Positions 8,578 through 17,689 of a DNA stretch of 42,760 bases are shown here, piece after piece. The stretch is taken from NCBI GenBank assembly GCA_913055945.1, contig CAJXKU010000001.1, positions 1-42,760 of the forward strand. The letters run 5' to 3'. Numbering within the stretch: position 1 is the first letter of the stretch; each line of letters opens with the position of its first letter. Below the pieces are notes generated by a model, which was not told the DNA's origin, ran no database searches, and saw only the letters and a list, made by a program, of their open reading frames with translations. The translations under genes were made by a program, and so were the position numbers. The stretch is from an uncultured Lentisphaerota bacterium (lineage in GTDB: Bacteria > Verrucomicrobiota > Lentisphaeria > Oligosphaerales > CAJXKU01).

Positions 8578-9462
8578 ATGCATCAACCGTTTTTAACTAC
8601 CAGCAGAGGAATCCTTTTTGCGGAGGATTGCCTTTCGTTCCTGGCGGATGTCTCGTCTAATTTTGCAGATTGCGTTTTTGCCGATCCCCCTTTTAATCTC
8701 GGAAAAGACTATAAGAACGGATATGAGGATAACATAGGCAGTACAGCATATTTCCGGTGGTGTCAGGAGTGGCTTAACGAATGTTGCCGTATTCTTAAGC
8801 CAGGAGGTGCCATCTTTGTTTACGCCACCCCAGAACTTGCCATCCGTTTTGCAAATATCCTAAGCGACATAGCTGACTTCCGACATTGGATTGCATTGTC
8901 GATGAAGGGAACCTACCCCCGAGGCAACAAACTATATCCTGCTCATTACGCTCTTTTATATTACACGCTAGGTCAGCCGAAAACCTTCAACAATCTGCGC
9001 GTACCTATTCCTACATGCCGACATTGCGGAAAAGAAACTAAAGATTACGGAGGGCACCGAAATAAACTTAACCCTGAAGGTTTAAATCTTACTGACTTTT
9101 GGGAAGATACTTCACCAAACAGACATCGTAAGTTCAAGGTCCGCCCGGGGGTCAACGAACTGAAGCTTACTATTCCGGAACGGGCTATTCTGATTGCCAC
9201 GAATGAGAACGACATTGTGTTCGATCCTTTTGGCGGTGGAGGTTCTACTTACCAGGCCGCTGAGCTCCACAACCGATTTTGGTTAGGGACAGAAATGTAT
9301 GACAGCGGCCATATTCGACGACGTCTTCTTGAACGCTTCCCTTTCTCGGTCGATAGAAAACCAGATTTCGATATAAGTAAAGCTTTGGATAACTATGAAG
9401 ATTACCAACATCATTTACTACAACGGAGCGCACCAGAAAATATGCCGTCTCGGACTGGCTGA
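8578..9462 (+). CDS. Type II DNA methyltransferase, beta-class (N6-adenine or N4-cytosine)
   Basis: Catalytic motif IV DPPF (ADPPFNLGKDY, nt 8683-8694) lies N-terminal to the AdoMet motif I FDPFGGGGST. This is the beta permutation typical of ParB-less N4/N6 methyltransferases. It is immediately followed by, and overlaps, a restriction endonuclease gene. Confidence 0.85.
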   Translation: MHQPFLTTSRGILFAEDCLSFLADVSSNFADCVFADPPFNLGKDYKNGYEDNIGSTAYFRWCQEWLNECCRILKPGGAIFVYATPELAIRFANILSDIADFRHWIALSMKGTYPRGNKLYPAHYALLYYTLGQPKTFNNLRVPIPTCRHCGKETKDYGGHRNKLNPEGLNLTDFWEDTSPNRHRKFKVRPGVNELKLTIPERAILIATNENDIVFDPFGGGGSTYQAAELHNRFWLGTEMYDSGHIRRRLLERFPFSVDRKPDFDISKALDNYEDYQHHLLQRSAPENMPSRTG

Positions 9463-9940
9463 ACTGTTTCTCGAAGTACAGGACGCCCTGCTTTCGCTCT
9501 CCGTAGAACTAAAAGAAGAAAAAGATGCGAACGGCGGCGCTGAATTGCGAAAGATGATCGATGCCAAGTTTGAAGCGTTAGGTGACTGGGAAAAGATATC
9601 TGCTGGGGGCATAGATTGGAAGAAAAAACTCCGCTATAACCAGACAATCCTCGTACGATTGGGGGTCGAGCTCCAAGTATCAGCTCGGAGTGACCTGCTT
9701 GTGCGTGACATTGTTCATTTTCGCAAAAGTATTGATGATGGTGAAATAGATGTGGGGTTAGTGATTGTGCCTGATCATAAACTGCAACGCTTCTTACCGG
9801 ATAGGACCCCTTGTCTTCAGGATGCCACTCGGTATATCGAAAAAGAGTTTAAAGAGGCGATGAATTATCCGCTTATAGTGCTTGCGATTGAACACGACGG
9901 ACCGGGGGAAATTCTGCAAAAACAAGCAAGAAAGGCTTGA
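9395..9940 (+). CDS. Type II restriction endonuclease, BamHI/BglII-like fold
   Basis: From memory, the sequence aligns with the BamHI core: GGIDW..(18)..GVELQVSA versus GGPIDV..(17)..GMEFETGN, GEIDVGLVIVP versus GEIDLAIILMP, and LPDRTPCLQDA versus LTDRVTNFEEL. The E-x-Q (E92, Q94; nt 9668-9676) matches the BglII catalytic variant, and the MKI..YN.A N-terminus resembles BglII. It overlaps the methyltransferase 3' end by 68 nt. Confidence 0.7.
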   Translation: MKITNIIYYNGAHQKICRLGLAELFLEVQDALLSLSVELKEEKDANGGAELRKMIDAKFEALGDWEKISAGGIDWKKKLRYNQTILVRLGVELQVSARSDLLVRDIVHFRKSIDDGEIDVGLVIVPDHKLQRFLPDRTPCLQDATRYIEKEFKEAMNYPLIVLAIEHDGPGEILQKQARKA

Positions 9941-10249
9941 TCACGATGCCCCACGTTTATGGATTAATTTGGTTTTGCAGTTATTGGTTCATGCTCTTGC
10001 GTACTTCCTATCATCCTAAAATACGCAGCAGAAAAACCAAAGAATGTATAAGTGCTTCTTTTAAGATGTTTGCTTAGCTTCTCGGCATCTTTTGCCCGCT
10101 ATGGTAAACTGAAACCCGGACATTCAGCTTGGGATCAGAATCGGGCTACGCGCTTGAGTTCTGCAGGTCAACGCAAGGGGCCGATTTCTACGGGCCAGGC
10201 GTAGCAGATGGGTATTCACACAGAGAGGCGAGTCAGGTCAGTGTGCGTA

Positions 10250-11116
10250 TTACGCGTTATGTATCTGTTCAAGAAGTTCAGCGCCGTGAGCATTAACGGC
10301 GATAAACGTCGGATTCGTTACGTCCTCCTTATTGTAAACGAGCGGTTCCCGGTGGTCATAAGTAAGGACGTAACCGCCGCTTGCTTCTACTATGGCCTGT
10401 GCGGCGCCGGTATCCCATTCCATGGTGGGCGCCAGGCGCGGATAAATATCCGCTTCCCCGTCCGCCAGAAGACAGAATTTTAAGGAACTTCCGGCTGATG
10501 TGAGCTCGACATCTGTGGACTTTTGTTTCACAGTGTCAATAAACCGTTGGGTCTCGTCATCCAGATGAGAACGGGAGGCGACGATCCGCACAGTATCGCT
10601 GTCCGTGTTCTTACTATCCTCGTTGAGCTTTATCCAGCCTCCGTTTTCTTTGCGCCGATAGGCGCCTTCGCCTAAAATTCCCGCATAGGTCAGTTCCACA
10701 GCGGGCGCATGGACAACACCGAGGAGAGGGCGGTTCTCAGCCACCAGAGCGATATTGATGGTAAACTCGCCGTTTTTGTTGATAAATTCTTTCGTACCAT
10801 CCAGGGGATCGACCAGCCAGAAAAAATTCCATTGCCGACGGGTTTCGAAAGCGATCTCTTTGTTTTCTTCGGAGAGAATCGGCAGAATTTCTTCCTCGTG
10901 CGCGTCGTGCAGAGTTCTGAGTCCTTGACAGATTACCTCATTCGCCTTCGTGTCGGCACGGGTCAGTGGCGTGTCGTCTGCTTTACGCGTTTGTCCAACA
11001 TCATCCTCTCCATAGACGTCCAGTACCTCTTGCCCGGCTTTTTCAGCTAAAGAGACCACTTCGCTTACCAAGTGAGATACGTCGAAGCTGTCACGTATTG
11101 AGTTTGATTGTAACAT
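10250..11116 (-). CDS. cysQ: 3'(2'),5'-bisphosphate nucleotidase (CysQ / inositol monophosphatase family)
   Basis: IMPase-family motifs: LSEEN, WLVDPLDGTKEF, and WDTGAAQAIVEASGG near the C-terminus. Length (288 aa) and motif order fit CysQ. Confidence 0.75.
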   Translation of the reverse strand: MLQSNSIRDSFDVSHLVSEVVSLAEKAGQEVLDVYGEDDVGQTRKADDTPLTRADTKANEVICQGLRTLHDAHEEEILPILSEENKEIAFETRRQWNFFWLVDPLDGTKEFINKNGEFTINIALVAENRPLLGVVHAPAVELTYAGILGEGAYRRKENGGWIKLNEDSKNTDSDTVRIVASRSHLDDETQRFIDTVKQKSTDVELTSAGSSLKFCLLADGEADIYPRLAPTMEWDTGAAQAIVEASGGYVLTYDHREPLVYNKEDVTNPTFIAVNAHGAELLEQIHNA

Positions 11117-11221
11117 ATTGAAGACCTTTCTCGTTGGCGGAAACTATCTGAACATTTCCGATTGTTCCACTTCGGAGTTCTCAACAGTTCTGAGAAGCGT
11201 AAGCCTACCTGCGATCCTTCG

Positions 11222-12385
11222 TCAGTGTGCTGTGTAGAAGTTTTTGACTGTATCTACCACCGCCTCTGCCTGTTCCGCGGTAAGTTCCGGATAGACAGGT
11301 AAGGCGAGGGTTTCAGCGGCCGCGTTTTCGCTTTGCGGAAAGTCTCCGCTGCCGTATTCCAGGTATTGAAGACACTCCTGCTGATGGAGGCATTTCGGAT
11401 AATAGATCGCCGTACCGATGGCGTTTTCTTTCAAGTGGTGAAACAGTGCATCCCGTTGCTCGGCGCGGATGACGTATTGGTTGAAAACATGGCGATCCGT
11501 CTTTACATTGGGCGTAGTGATTCTGCCTCCGCCGGGGGCGTCCGGGGCGCCGCTTGTGCCTTCGGCGGGTTCTTCGGCCAATCCCTCTTCGGCGAAGCGC
11601 CGGTTGTAGTAATCTGCATTCCTCTGCCTTGCCTCGGTCCATTCATCGAGATATTTCAATTTTACAGAAACAACTGCTGCCTGTAAAGCGTCGAATCGCA
11701 TATTCGCGCCCACATAAGGGTGATGGTAACGCTCCGTCATGCCATGCACTCGCAGACTTCGGAGTTTTTCCGCACGCTCAGGATCGTTCGTGGTGACCAT
11801 TCCGCCATCGCCCGCACCGCTCAGGTTTTTTGACGGGAAGAACGAGAAGCAGCCGTAATGTCCGATATTTCCCGCCCGATTCTCTGCGTGTTCTGATCCG
11901 ATCGCCTGGGCAGCATCTTCGATCACACACAAACTGTTTCGATCAGCTATATCCATGATACGTTCCATATCCGCAAGCTGACCGAATAGGTGTACCGGGA
12001 TTATCGCCTTTGTCCGAGGCGTGATCATTTGTTCGATCTGCTGGGGGTCGAGATTGTATGTGTCCGGCTTAATGTCGACAAATACCGGTTTCGCGCCGGC
12101 CCGAACAATCGAACCCGCCGTGGCGAAAAAAGAGTAGGGTGTGGTGATCACTTCGTCGCCGGGTCCGATATTTTCCGTGAGCAAAGAGATGAGCAACGCA
12201 TCACTGCCTGAGGATACCCCTACGCCGTAAGCCGCGCCCACATAACTGGCCACGGCCGCCTCACATCTTTCAACTTCGGGCCCAAGGATAAACTGCTGCG
12301 AATCGAATACGGCTTGCACGCGGCTTTGAATCTCTTCCTTTATCTGTTCGTATTGCGCCTGTAGATCAAGAAGCGGAACCTTCAT
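11222..12385 (-). CDS. DegT/DnrJ/EryC1/StrS-family PLP-dependent sugar aminotransferase
   Basis: MKVPLLDLQAQYEQIKEEI ... FILGPEV..CE ... GVSSGSDAL ... VITTPYSFFAT ... CFSFFPSKNL (PLP lysine context) ... HVFNQYVIR. It carries a short A/E/G/P-rich insertion (EEPAEGTSGAPDAPGGG). Confidence 0.85.
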   Translation of the reverse strand: MKVPLLDLQAQYEQIKEEIQSRVQAVFDSQQFILGPEVERCEAAVASYVGAAYGVGVSSGSDALLISLLTENIGPGDEVITTPYSFFATAGSIVRAGAKPVFVDIKPDTYNLDPQQIEQMITPRTKAIIPVHLFGQLADMERIMDIADRNSLCVIEDAAQAIGSEHAENRAGNIGHYGCFSFFPSKNLSGAGDGGMVTTNDPERAEKLRSLRVHGMTERYHHPYVGANMRFDALQAAVVSVKLKYLDEWTEARQRNADYYNRRFAEEGLAEEPAEGTSGAPDAPGGGRITTPNVKTDRHVFNQYVIRAEQRDALFHHLKENAIGTAIYYPKCLHQQECLQYLEYGSGDFPQSENAAAETLALPVYPELTAEQAEAVVDTVKNFYTAH

Positions 12386-12415
12386 TGTCAGTCCTTTTTA
12401 TGTTCATTCTCAAGT

Positions 12416-13381
12416 TCAATCGATACCGTGGTAATGTTTGTACCATCGTACAAACGTCGGAATTCCTTCAGAAATGGGGGTTTTCGGCTCGTATCCGAGT
12501 TTGCCCCGACTTCGCGTAATATCGGCGTACGTAGCCGGCACATCCCCCGGCTGAATGGGCAGCATGTTCATCTGCGGCTCCACATTGAGTTCTTCGGCAA
12601 TACCGTGAATCATATCCAGCAGCTCTTCCGGGCGATTATTGCCGAGGTTAAGAATTTCATACGCCTCGAGATTCCGGTTGAAAAGAGCTGCCAGTACACC
12701 TTCGGTAATATCATCGATATAGGTGAAATCACGCCTCATCTTGCCGTAGTTGAATACATCGATTGCCCGGCCTTCCAGCATGGCTTCGGTGAACAGCCAC
12801 ATGGCCATATCCGGTCGTCCCCATGGGCCGTAAACCGTAAAAAAACGTAAGCCGATGGTCTGAATGCCGTACAGATGTGTATACGTATGAGCCATAAGTT
12901 CGTTGGATTTCTTGGAGGCTGCGTAAAGACTCACCGGCGTGTCCACCGGATCAGATTCGCTGAACGGAAGTTTTGTGTTGCCGCCGTACACGCTTGAACT
13001 GGACGCATACACCAGGCGCGGTACAGGTTCGGCGTGTCGGCATGCCTCCAGCATATTAAGGAATGCTTCCATGTTTGACCGCTGATACACGAAAGGGTGT
13101 GTCAGTGAATAACGTACGCCGGCCTGGGCGGCAAGGTGGCATACGAGTTCGGGCCTCGTTCGGCTGAAGATTTCTCCGAGCCCCTCATAATCGCATAGAT
13201 CCATGCTGACGCCTTCGTAACGGGAATACTTTTCTAAAGTGGCGTGCCGATCCTTTTTTAAGTTTACACTGTAGTAATCGTTAAAATTATCGATTCCGGT
13301 TACGCTGTGACCCTGCTGTAGCAGCGCGCTGGCCACATAGCATCCTATGAATCCGGCGGTACCTGTCACGACGATGTTCAT
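12416..13381 (-). CDS. NAD-dependent nucleotide-sugar epimerase (UDP-glucuronate 4-epimerase-like, extended SDR)
   Basis: Rossmann motif VTGTAGFIG, catalytic YAASKKSNE (YxxxK) and RFFTVYGPWGRPDMA, which is typical of the CapI/WbnF-type epimerase subgroup. Confidence 0.8.
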   Translation of the reverse strand: MNIVVTGTAGFIGCYVASALLQQGHSVTGIDNFNDYYSVNLKKDRHATLEKYSRYEGVSMDLCDYEGLGEIFSRTRPELVCHLAAQAGVRYSLTHPFVYQRSNMEAFLNMLEACRHAEPVPRLVYASSSSVYGGNTKLPFSESDPVDTPVSLYAASKKSNELMAHTYTHLYGIQTIGLRFFTVYGPWGRPDMAMWLFTEAMLEGRAIDVFNYGKMRRDFTYIDDITEGVLAALFNRNLEAYEILNLGNNRPEELLDMIHGIAEELNVEPQMNMLPIQPGDVPATYADITRSRGKLGYEPKTPISEGIPTFVRWYKHYHGID

Positions 13382-13466
13382 CGGAAGAAGATCCTATCCA
13401 TGTTTATTCTATTCCCTGTTTCCCACGCCGGCAGATACAGAATACGCCGATGTAACGTCCGAAGGG

Positions 13467-15107
13467 CTATTCTGAGCTGGGCACTGCAAGTCTGACACCC
13501 GGAATCAGGCGGGGGCTCACACTCAATATGCGGACGCCTCGGTCAAGCAGGTACGGTACATAGGAGGGGTCGCCCGCGATTTCGCCGCAAAGGGAGACAG
13601 GTTTCCCTGTGTTACGCCCTGCCTCGACGATCCGCTCCACCAGTTGCCAGAAAACCGGTTGGTCGGGCTGATAATCCTCTGCGACGTATGCGTTGTTTCT
13701 GTCTACAGCAAAAAGATACTGCACAAGGTCGTTACTGCCTATGCTTGCGAAATCGGCCTCGGCTAACAACGCTTCTGCTTCAAGACAGGCAGAAGGGATT
13801 TCGAACATCGTGCCGAGCTGAAGGTTCTTCCCGGAAATGTCCTTCGTCGCCCGGTGGATAATTTCCTTTATTTTCCGAAATTGCTCGACGCCGGTGACCA
13901 TCGGAATCATAAGCGATACGCACCCTTCACGGGAGGCTTTTGCTGCGGCGCGAACCTGAGCGGTAAGTATTTCAGGATTACCCAGCAGGAAACGCGCACC
14001 CCGGTAACCCAAAGCCGGATTTTCCTCCTGCTGAAAATCCAGAAAAGGCAGAGGTTTGTCAGCGCCTACGTCGAGCAGCCGCATATAAAAGGGTTGCCCG
14101 GAGGCCAGCCCCTTGAGCACTTCTGTGTAGAGGGGGACCTGTTCTTCTTCGCTGAGCAGGCGGTTGGCGGCGAAGAACTCAAACTCCGTCCTGTACAATC
14201 CAACCCCTTCAGCTTTCATGGCTACCGCATGCTCTATATCCGAGGATCTGCTGATGCTCGCTAATACGCGCATGGCGGCGATCGGCGCCACCGATTGCAG
14301 CGAGCGGATCGCAGGTTGCTTACGGCTGTGCACTTGCTGAAGTGTCTTTTCTTCCGGCGCGACCACGATTTCACCATTATCGCCGTCCACAAGAAGCTCT
14401 GTGCCGCACGAGATTGTGCTGTGAATACCTTCAATTCCGCTTACAGCGGGTATCCCGAGGGCTTTTGCCAAAATGGCTGCGTGAGAGTTGATGCCGCCTC
14501 GCTCTGTCACGAACGCGATCGTATGCTCTGTGTCCAGTTCCATCGTTAAACTCGGGGTCAATTCCTCCGCCACCACAATGCGATTGTATCCGCGTTGACA
14601 ATGGGCCGAATCATCAGAGCATTGCAGCGACGGATTCATGTTCGCCAGCACGTCAAGCAGACGTCTGCGCACTTCGTCCAGATCAGAGGTGCGACCCTGC
14701 ATGTACTCATTGTCCACCTCGGACAACTGCTCCTGGTAGTAATCCATGACGCTGTTTACAGCGGTTTCAGCATTGCACTCACGTTCTGTAATCGTGTCCA
14801 GGATAGCGTTTTTCAGGGTCTCGTCCTCAAGGAGCATTTTCTGTACCAGGAAGATTTCAGCCTCAGCTTTACCCAGGCGGCTTTCAACATCCTGATGAAG
14901 CTTGTCCAGACGTTCGCTTACCAGTCGGACGGCTCGTTCTGTGCGTTCCCGTTCGCGCGAGATGCCTTCGCCGCCAACTTTATACATGGGGAGGTTGCTA
15001 TGACGTTGTTCGTTAAACAGACAGACCCTTGCAACGCCTACGCCACTGCTCAGTCCAATGCCTTTAAGCCGCTTTTCTTTAATCTGATGCTGCATTTTTA
15101 TATCCAT
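13467..15107 (-). CDS. ptsI: Phosphoenolpyruvate-protein phosphotransferase (PTS Enzyme I)
   Basis: Phospho-His region ERGGINSHAAILAKALGIPAV and the C-terminal PEP-utilising TIM barrel (GLYRTEFEF ... RLLDVGADKP ... NPALGYRGAR ... MIPMV ... GSNDLVQY). I chose the start at the internal ATG 15107 (MDIKMQHQIKEKRLKGIGLSSGVG). The longer track ORF (to 15311) would overlap the upstream gene. Confidence 0.85.
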   Translation of the reverse strand: MDIKMQHQIKEKRLKGIGLSSGVGVARVCLFNEQRHSNLPMYKVGGEGISRERERTERAVRLVSERLDKLHQDVESRLGKAEAEIFLVQKMLLEDETLKNAILDTITERECNAETAVNSVMDYYQEQLSEVDNEYMQGRTSDLDEVRRRLLDVLANMNPSLQCSDDSAHCQRGYNRIVVAEELTPSLTMELDTEHTIAFVTERGGINSHAAILAKALGIPAVSGIEGIHSTISCGTELLVDGDNGEIVVAPEEKTLQQVHSRKQPAIRSLQSVAPIAAMRVLASISRSSDIEHAVAMKAEGVGLYRTEFEFFAANRLLSEEEQVPLYTEVLKGLASGQPFYMRLLDVGADKPLPFLDFQQEENPALGYRGARFLLGNPEILTAQVRAAAKASREGCVSLMIPMVTGVEQFRKIKEIIHRATKDISGKNLQLGTMFEIPSACLEAEALLAEADFASIGSNDLVQYLFAVDRNNAYVAEDYQPDQPVFWQLVERIVEAGRNTGKPVSLCGEIAGDPSYVPYLLDRGVRILSVSPRLIPGVRLAVPSSE

Positions 15108-15193
15108 TCGAGCAACGGCAATCCGACTTCGCGCTTTCTCGGCAATCGTCTTCCGCGTTGCTGCCCTTACTTCCGTTCTCAGCTTTGTCCGAT

Positions 15194-16669
15194 TCAGGTT
15201 TCGCGACGACGGTCCTGCAGAAACGTCTGATATCCTTTGAAGGCCATATACGCATCCAGTTTCCCGGCGATTTCCCACGGTGCATGCATGCTCAGCAGCC
15301 CTGCACCGCAATCGACCACGTCCATACCGTAGCGAGCGAAAAACATGCTGATCGTACCGCCACCCCCTTGGTCGACTTTGCCCAGTTCAGCAGTTTGCCA
15401 GAATACGTTCTGTTCGTTGAACATCCGCCGCAGTTCGGCCATAAACTCTGCACTGGCCTCACTGCAGCCCGCTTTACCTCTGGATCCGGTATATTTGTTC
15501 ACCACGATCCCTGCATTCAGTTTACCCGCATTATTGGGCGAACTGACGTCAGGGTAATTGGGATCGTGGACAGCGCAGACATCAGCGGAAAGCATCCGGG
15601 AACGTTCCAGGGTACGCCGCAGATCCAGATCTGTGTAGCCTTCGGTGCAGCTGTTCAGCAGTTCAGCCACACTGTTTTCGAAGAACGTGGAGTCCATGCC
15701 GGTGGCACCCTTGGAACCGATCTCTTCCCGGTCACACATGAGCACAATTGATGTAAACTCCGGTGTCTCCTCTGCCTGTAGTAAGGCTTGTAAAGCTGCG
15801 TAAGAACTTATCCTGTCGTCGTGGCCATAGCCGAGCATCATCGAACCGTCCAGTCCCGCTTCCCGGGCTACGCCGGCGGGAACAATTTCCAGCTCGGCAC
15901 TGGCAAAATCTTCTTCTTTAATGCCGTACTTGTCAAAGAGTTGCTGCAGCAAATTCTGTTTCACTTTTTCATTTGTTTTTCCGGTTTCCTCTTCCGAATT
16001 TTCCGATTCCTGTTCTTGCGGGGCTGCGCCCAGAAGCACGTTCAGGTTTTCCCCCGGAATAGCTTTCTCCATCTTTTTCTCTGCCTGGTCTTTGTCCAGA
16101 TGCGGGAGTAAATCAGTAATGACAAAAACCGGGTCGTCCGAATCTTCTCCGACGGAGATATTAACTTTCGTGCCGTCCTGTTTCACAATAAGCCCGTGCA
16201 GAGCCAAAGGCATGGTTACCCAGTGGTATTTCTTGATACCTCCGTAGTAATGCGTGTCCAGCAAAGCCAGTTCACTGTCTTCGTAAAGGGGGTTGGGTTT
16301 GGCGTCCAGTCTGGGCGCGTCCGTGTGGCCGCCGACGATATGCAGCCCATCGGTGAGGGGACGCCTGCCGATCTGACACAGAAGGAGCGTCTTCCCGCCG
16401 AAACTGCGATACACTTTGGTTCCTGCATCCAGGGGAGCGTTATTATCGCGGCATACTTCCTCAATGGGTCTGAAGCCTTTGTCAGCCGCTGCCTTCAACG
16501 TCCAGTCGTGCACTTCACGTTCAGTCTTCGCTTGACTCAAAAAAGACATATAACGTGAACAGTACTCTTCCATCTGAGCTTTTTCTTCAGCATCCAGGTC
16601 GTTCCACCGGTTTCGGCGTTCCCAGCGAAGATTGTCGTCTTTTCGGGGTTCCTCAGTAGCCATACGCAA
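15194..16669 (-). CDS. M18-family aminopeptidase (aspartyl aminopeptidase-like)
   Basis: 491 aa with an M18-type layout: GGHTDAPRLD ... THYYGGIKKYHW ... MCDREEIGS ... MLSADV ... GGGTI ... DCGAGLLSMH. Confidence 0.75.
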   Translation of the reverse strand: MRMATEEPRKDDNLRWERRNRWNDLDAEEKAQMEEYCSRYMSFLSQAKTEREVHDWTLKAAADKGFRPIEEVCRDNNAPLDAGTKVYRSFGGKTLLLCQIGRRPLTDGLHIVGGHTDAPRLDAKPNPLYEDSELALLDTHYYGGIKKYHWVTMPLALHGLIVKQDGTKVNISVGEDSDDPVFVITDLLPHLDKDQAEKKMEKAIPGENLNVLLGAAPQEQESENSEEETGKTNEKVKQNLLQQLFDKYGIKEEDFASAELEIVPAGVAREAGLDGSMMLGYGHDDRISSYAALQALLQAEETPEFTSIVLMCDREEIGSKGATGMDSTFFENSVAELLNSCTEGYTDLDLRRTLERSRMLSADVCAVHDPNYPDVSSPNNAGKLNAGIVVNKYTGSRGKAGCSEASAEFMAELRRMFNEQNVFWQTAELGKVDQGGGGTISMFFARYGMDVVDCGAGLLSMHAPWEIAGKLDAYMAFKGYQTFLQDRRRET

Positions 16670-17047
16670 TCGCCTCCATAGTGTTGATGGGTATATTTTT
16701 CAAAGTCGGAACTATGAGCTGTTGTTCTGTAACTTCGCAAACCCTCTGTTTGCCCGGCAACCTGTTACGGGTCATTCACAGGATAAATATGAGGCTCGTT
16801 TGGGTCCGTAGCTGGAGCTGTACAACGTTTTCCGGTGCCGGCCGGCAGATTTGCTCCTGCTGAGGCTCGAGCTGACGGAGATCATAACAACGATCATTCA
16901 TCCTGACCCCGTTCAAAACGGTATGGTACTTACTATAGTACAAATGTTTCTGTTGGGGTTTCACCATAAGCTACGCCTGAGGTTCTATTGATGCAACAAA
17001 AAATGCCGCACCCTGAGCCTGAACGATTGAACCGGCAGCGGGGAGGA

Positions 17048-17689
17048 ATGTTTATAACGTTTGAAGGGCCCGACGCCGCTGGGAAATCGACCCAGGCCCG
17101 AATGCTGGCAGACGTACTGCACGAAGCAGGCTACACGGTCCACTTGACCCGCGAGCCCGGCGGTACGCGCTTAGGGGAAGCGTTGCGGGACCTGGTGAAG
17201 GGGTTGAAGACTGAAGACCCACTGGTTCCTGAAGCCGAACTTTTACTCTTCGGAGCCAGTCGGGCTCAACTCGTAAGACGCGTGATCGAGCCTCGTTTGA
17301 AGAAAGGCGAAATCGTTATCTGTGATCGCTTTTCGGACTCTACGACGGTTTATCAGGGCATTGTGCAGAACATCGATTTGTCGTTCATAAGACAGATGCA
17401 CGATTTCACGAATCAAAGCACGGAGCCGGATCTGACAATCCTTCTGGACGTCACCGTAGCTACGAGCTTTGAACGTTGTGAGGGGCGGAATATTGAGCAG
17501 AAAACGCAAGCCGACCGATTCGAAGCGGAATCCAGCCGATTTCACGAGAACGTACGTCAGGGGTTTCTTCAGTTGGCACGGCAGGAGCCCGGGCGGATAA
17601 ACATTGTCGATGGGGATGCCTCGCCGGAATCCATTCATGCGCATATTAAGGAGCTTGTGTCCAAACATGGCCTTGAATCTATACAATGA
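17048..17689 (+). CDS. tmk: dTMP (thymidylate) kinase
   Basis: MFITFEGPDAAGKSTQ P-loop, TREPGGT and DRF..S..AYQG-like (DRFSDSTTVYQG). The track ORF begins at an upstream TTG/ATG (16988/16991), so the start is uncertain. Confidence 0.85.
   Translation: MFITFEGPDAAGKSTQARMLADVLHEAGYTVHLTREPGGTRLGEALRDLVKGLKTEDPLVPEAELLLFGASRAQLVRRVIEPRLKKGEIVICDRFSDSTTVYQGIVQNIDLSFIRQMHDFTNQSTEPDLTILLDVTVATSFERCEGRNIEQKTQADRFEAESSRFHENVRQGFLQLARQEPGRINIVDGDASPESIHAHIKELVSKHGLESIQ

Noticed and set aside
15108-15311. N-terminal 68-codon extension of the Enzyme I ORF
   Set aside because: The extension overlaps the 3' end of the aminopeptidase gene and has no similarity to Enzyme I N-termini. The internal ATG at 15107 gives the expected MD..IKEKRLKGIGLSSGVG start.
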